Position numbers and translations under genes: made by a program. This document shows positions 60,528-64,000 of a DNA stretch of 64,000 nucleotides, piece by piece. The notes under the pieces were generated by a model. The model saw only the letters and a program-made list of their open reading frames with translations. It did not search any database and was not told where the DNA came from. Positions within the stretch are counted from its first letter, which is position 1; each line of letters opens with the position of its first letter. This DNA is from a candidate division WOR-3 bacterium (GTDB taxonomy: Bacteria > Hydrothermota > Hydrothermia > B15-G9 > WFZT01): positions 43,573 to 107,572 of the forward strand of contig JALUEE010000078.1 in assembly GCA_027053075.1 (NCBI GenBank), in the 5' to 3' direction.

Positions 60528-61272
60528 ATCAGAATTTCTAAAATTTTTCAAGAATTCAAAAATTCTACTGACTCTCCTGGTCTTTGGGATTGTAACCCTG
60601 GTGTTTGGCTATGCTTATGGAAAATCGGTGGATAACGGGTTTCTACTAATTTCACGCGTGTTGAGCTTTCTATATCCCTTCGTTCCTTTCATTTTCACAA
60701 TCTTTGGTGCCTTCAGCATCAGTAGCGAGTTTGAAAATGGCACTATTACGACTATTCTCACAAGCACTATTTCAAGGACAAAGGTCATAGAGGTAAAAAT
60801 TTTGTTCCTTGGAGCCACATCCATGCTGTTTTCTGTGGTATTAGCTGTTATTTTACTTATTCCAGCGTTAATTTTCACACAATTCAGCGGAATTCAGGTG
60901 GATGGATTTACAATAATCTCAGCAAAATCATTAACGGGTATCCTTGTGATGGTCATCTTTTTCACCGGATTATCGAATTTTGTTTACTCCTTATTGGGTT
61001 TACTTGCAGGTATAGTCCTGCGTCACTCAATTTTTTCAGTGCTGGTTGGATTTTTCACCGTCTTAACTTTCAATATTTTTGCTATCCTGCCAGATATAAA
61101 TAAAGCTGTCATCACATCTTACTCAATGATACCAATAGACTACTTCTTGAGTTGTTCACGTGGAATGCTGATGCAAACAAAGTGGATACCGGGTTTCCTC
61201 ACAATTCATGCAATTTACACAATTGTCCTGGTAATATTTGCATTCCTGATATTCAGAAAAATCGAAATTTAA
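60511..61272 (+). CDS. ABC-2 type permease
   Basis: SEF.K, SEFENGTI..IL...SR, about six TMs. Confidence 0.85.
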   Translation: MVYLIRSEFLKFFKNSKILLTLLVFGIVTLVFGYAYGKSVDNGFLLISRVLSFLYPFVPFIFTIFGAFSISSEFENGTITTILTSTISRTKVIEVKILFLGATSMLFSVVLAVILLIPALIFTQFSGIQVDGFTIISAKSLTGILVMVIFFTGLSNFVYSLLGLLAGIVLRHSIFSVLVGFFTVLTFNIFAILPDINKAVITSYSMIPIDYFLSCSRGMLMQTKWIPGFLTIHAIYTIVLVIFAFLIFRKIEI

Positions 61273-61287
61273 GGGGGATAAAATTTT

Positions 61288-62658
61288 ATGAGGTTAATTG
61301 CAATTTTTATGATATTTTTACCCGTTTTTGGTGCAAATACCACTAAGAGGCCAGTTAAATTCAAATTTTCACTGAATAGCGGAGTGAGACATGTGCTTAT
61401 TCACGATTTAGACGGTGATGGGAAAAAGGAAATGATATTTTTAGGGAAAGGCAAGAATATTGCCATCTATACTTTTAAAGATGGTTTTGAGGCAGGAGTT
61501 GATACGAGCTTCGAGGGGGCCTTAATTGATTTTGGAGATATATATCAAGAGATAAAGGGTGATGAGATTGTTGTACTTGAAAATGGCTCTGTGAGTACTT
61601 ACAAATACTCAGGTGGCCGGATCAATTTACTTAGAAAATTTAAGCTCAAACCATCAATAATTTATCCGGAAAGCTCGAAGGTATTGAGGCTCGGCAGGGC
61701 AATTTATAAGGTTAATGGAAGAAATCTTATACTTTTCCTTTATCCCTATAAAGGGGTTTTAATTGACACAAGTGGTGTATGGAAGGAATTTGACGTTTTC
61801 ACCAGAGAAGAAATCTCCACCTTTTCTGATAGGTCTTCACCATCGGAGCAGTCTGATATTTACTCTGTCAAAAGTTCATACACGCTTCCTGTGATGTTTT
61901 TTAAAGATATAGACGGTGATTCTGCCGATGAGTTTCTCCAGTTTATTAGAGACACGTTGTTTAAGGGGAATAATAGCTTGCTCGATCTTTCCTTTCTCAG
62001 CTCAGGTGATAAGATAAAGATTTTTCCACCGAAGATTTATGTTAGAGATATTAATAACGATGGGTTGGTGGATGTGCTTGTTTGTAAAGGGGAGATTGGT
62101 GCACCTCTGGGGAAGAGAAGTAGTGTTTATCTTTTTCTAAACAAAAATGGCAAGTTCGGGAGATTACCTGATCAGGTAATAATTTCAGAGAGTTTTTCAC
62201 CTGAAGTGGTATTAAAAGACATAAATGGGGATGGAAAGCTTGATCTCATTCTTACAACATCTGGCTTCAATCTTCTTTCACTGATAAAGCTTATTTTGAC
62301 CAGGAAAATTGATTTGAAGTACTCGATTTTTCTTTTTAATAAAAATTCATTTACAAAAACCCCCGTATATACAAGGTCTTTCAGCATTAAATTCGGAGGG
62401 GATTCAACGTTCACCGGAGTTGATTTCTCCATAGATTTTGATGGAGACGGGATGGGGGACATTGTTTATTTTAAGAAGGATAAAATTGAGATTTACCCTG
62501 GAAATGGTGAAACATACGCTAAAAAACCGTCTCGTGTGTTTAAAGTTAAAACATCGTCTAACTACATGGTGGATGATATTGACGGGAACGACAAGCTCGA
62601 TTTTCTCTTCTGGAATTCAAAGGATGGAGCAACAAATGTATGGGGATTATTAAGATAG
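61288..62658 (+). CDS. Secreted FG-GAP/VCBS repeat protein
   Basis: Repeated D-x-D/N-G-D-G-x-x-D/E motifs. Confidence 0.85.
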   Translation: MRLIAIFMIFLPVFGANTTKRPVKFKFSLNSGVRHVLIHDLDGDGKKEMIFLGKGKNIAIYTFKDGFEAGVDTSFEGALIDFGDIYQEIKGDEIVVLENGSVSTYKYSGGRINLLRKFKLKPSIIYPESSKVLRLGRAIYKVNGRNLILFLYPYKGVLIDTSGVWKEFDVFTREEISTFSDRSSPSEQSDIYSVKSSYTLPVMFFKDIDGDSADEFLQFIRDTLFKGNNSLLDLSFLSSGDKIKIFPPKIYVRDINNDGLVDVLVCKGEIGAPLGKRSSVYLFLNKNGKFGRLPDQVIISESFSPEVVLKDINGDGKLDLILTTSGFNLLSLIKLILTRKIDLKYSIFLFNKNSFTKTPVYTRSFSIKFGGDSTFTGVDFSIDFDGDGMGDIVYFKKDKIEIYPGNGETYAKKPSRVFKVKTSSNYMVDDIDGNDKLDFLFWNSKDGATNVWGLLR

Positions 62659-63707
62659 TTCTGTTTGGAATATTTGTCAGGGGTGCCGGAATTTACGGGG
62701 TGAACCATGTTTCTGAAGAATTTGTAAGGTCACTTTTGCCATGCAACAAATCTGTTAAAAAATTTGACCCTGAATACTTCGAGAAAAAGCTGATGAAAAC
62801 AGGCCTTTTTAGCTCTGTTAGTGTCAAGTATATTGGCACGGACACGATAGACCTGATTGTTGCTGTGAAGGAGAAAAGGAGGTTACATTTCCTTCCAATT
62901 ACCGATATCACTCCCAATAACAGGGTTGCATCAGGTTTCATTCTTGAAGATAGATTTTTTATGAAAAGATACGAGCTGGATTTGAAGATATTAACTTTCA
63001 ACATGAAAAGCATAGAATTTACCCTGAAGGATTATACAACTTTGTGGGCTTTGAAGGCTGGATTTGAAAATGCCATTTATCCAGATAGCAGAAACGTGCG
63101 GACGAGAAAATTCCTCATAGGGATAGCCGATGATAAATTCAAAATATTTTGGGGACCTGTAACGATCAGGGACACCTTTGAGCAGACTGTGTTGCATATT
63201 GATTTCTCATGGAAATTAAATGCCGGGCATTGGATTAAGCTAAATTTTGATGCATATCCAGAGGGAATCTATTTTTCTTCGGATATAAACCTGATATATA
63301 GACTACCGACAAGATGGTTCATTTTAATTCCAGGCTTCAGGCTGATTTTCCAGCGTGGATACATTCCAGATTACAGAATGGTGGTAGCAGGTGGATACGG
63401 CACAATGATCAGTTATCCCTTTCGTTCGTCAGCCGGGGATAACGGTTATTTCTTTAAACTCGACCTGGTGCGTCCCCTTATTCCGGAGGGAGATAAAAGT
63501 CCGGGTGTAAATATGATTGGGTTCATGGAGTCTGGAAACACATTTAACGAGTTTAGGGATGCAATAACACGATCACCACTTTTGGGTGTAGGGATGGCTC
63601 TAATCTTGAAATTTAAAGAGACGGATGGCATTGGTGTATATTTTACATACAATCTTGAAGGCAAAACCAGCTACGGTTTGTATCTCCAGGGAAATCCGAA
63701 ACATTAA
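62640..63707 (+). CDS. POTRA-containing Omp85/TpsB-like outer-membrane protein
   Basis: L..TGLFS.V...V.VKEK POTRA-like; GG.GTMISY similar to the VRGY loop. Confidence 0.55.
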   Translation: MGIIKIVLFGIFVRGAGIYGVNHVSEEFVRSLLPCNKSVKKFDPEYFEKKLMKTGLFSSVSVKYIGTDTIDLIVAVKEKRRLHFLPITDITPNNRVASGFILEDRFFMKRYELDLKILTFNMKSIEFTLKDYTTLWALKAGFENAIYPDSRNVRTRKFLIGIADDKFKIFWGPVTIRDTFEQTVLHIDFSWKLNAGHWIKLNFDAYPEGIYFSSDINLIYRLPTRWFILIPGFRLIFQRGYIPDYRMVVAGGYGTMISYPFRSSAGDNGYFFKLDLVRPLIPEGDKSPGVNMIGFMESGNTFNEFRDAITRSPLLGVGMALILKFKETDGIGVYFTYNLEGKTSYGLYLQGNPKH

Positions 63708-63709
63708 TT

Positions 63710-63756
63710 GAGCTCATTCGAAAAATTTCAAGACCTTTAATTTTTCGAATGAACTC
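63710..63756. repeat. Inverted repeat made of MITE-like ends only
   Basis: GAGCTCATTCGAAAAA...TTTTTCGAATGAACTC flanked by AATT. Confidence 0.5.
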
Positions 63757-64000
63757 AATTATATCTGAGACTGTTCAAAAGTGTTCGTAGCTAAAAGTTA
63801 GTAGAGCGAGTAGAAAAGTAGGATTAAACAAGTTTCTCCAGGCATGATAAGTAGCAAAACTCCCTCCCTTCCTCCTGACATCACCCATGTTTTTTAAGCA
63901 AATGAATATTTATACATCCTATATTCCATTATCCTCATCGCATTTACTAACCTCATGAATAACAAATGTGCTATCCTCCATGTGCTCACATATATGTGCC

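Overview
Bacterial window, probably from a diderm FCB-group organism, possibly a thermophile. This is inference from LPS-heptose hldD, a PorV-like gene and a protein with a T9SS-type C-terminal tail; WOR-3/Hydrothermae-like is a guess. Bases 1-38.5 kb are mostly housekeeping (aroK, purB, sppA, GH57, two GalT-family genes, two acyl-CoA dehydrogenases, plsY, uvrC, tricorn-like S41 protease, hldD, fabH). This part also holds a sigma54 two-component locus, an unusual operon (degenerate Csm5-like gene, prefoldin alpha, an unannotated 55-aa prefoldin-beta-like ORF, membrane proteins) and a chlD-type chelatase gene split by a likely programmed -1 frameshift. Bases 38.9-64 kb form an accessory region centred on a class III lanthipeptide cluster: LanKC, ABC exporter, two precursors (one absent from the ORF track), TonB-type barrels, an enhancer-binding regulator and repeated operator palindromes. 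An intact IS1634-family element and envelope/ABC genes follow. Intergenic DNA carries many GC-rich hairpins with 3-nt loops and a ~125-bp MITE-like element, and many first-in-operon genes look leaderless. No rRNA, tRNA or CRISPR array was seen.
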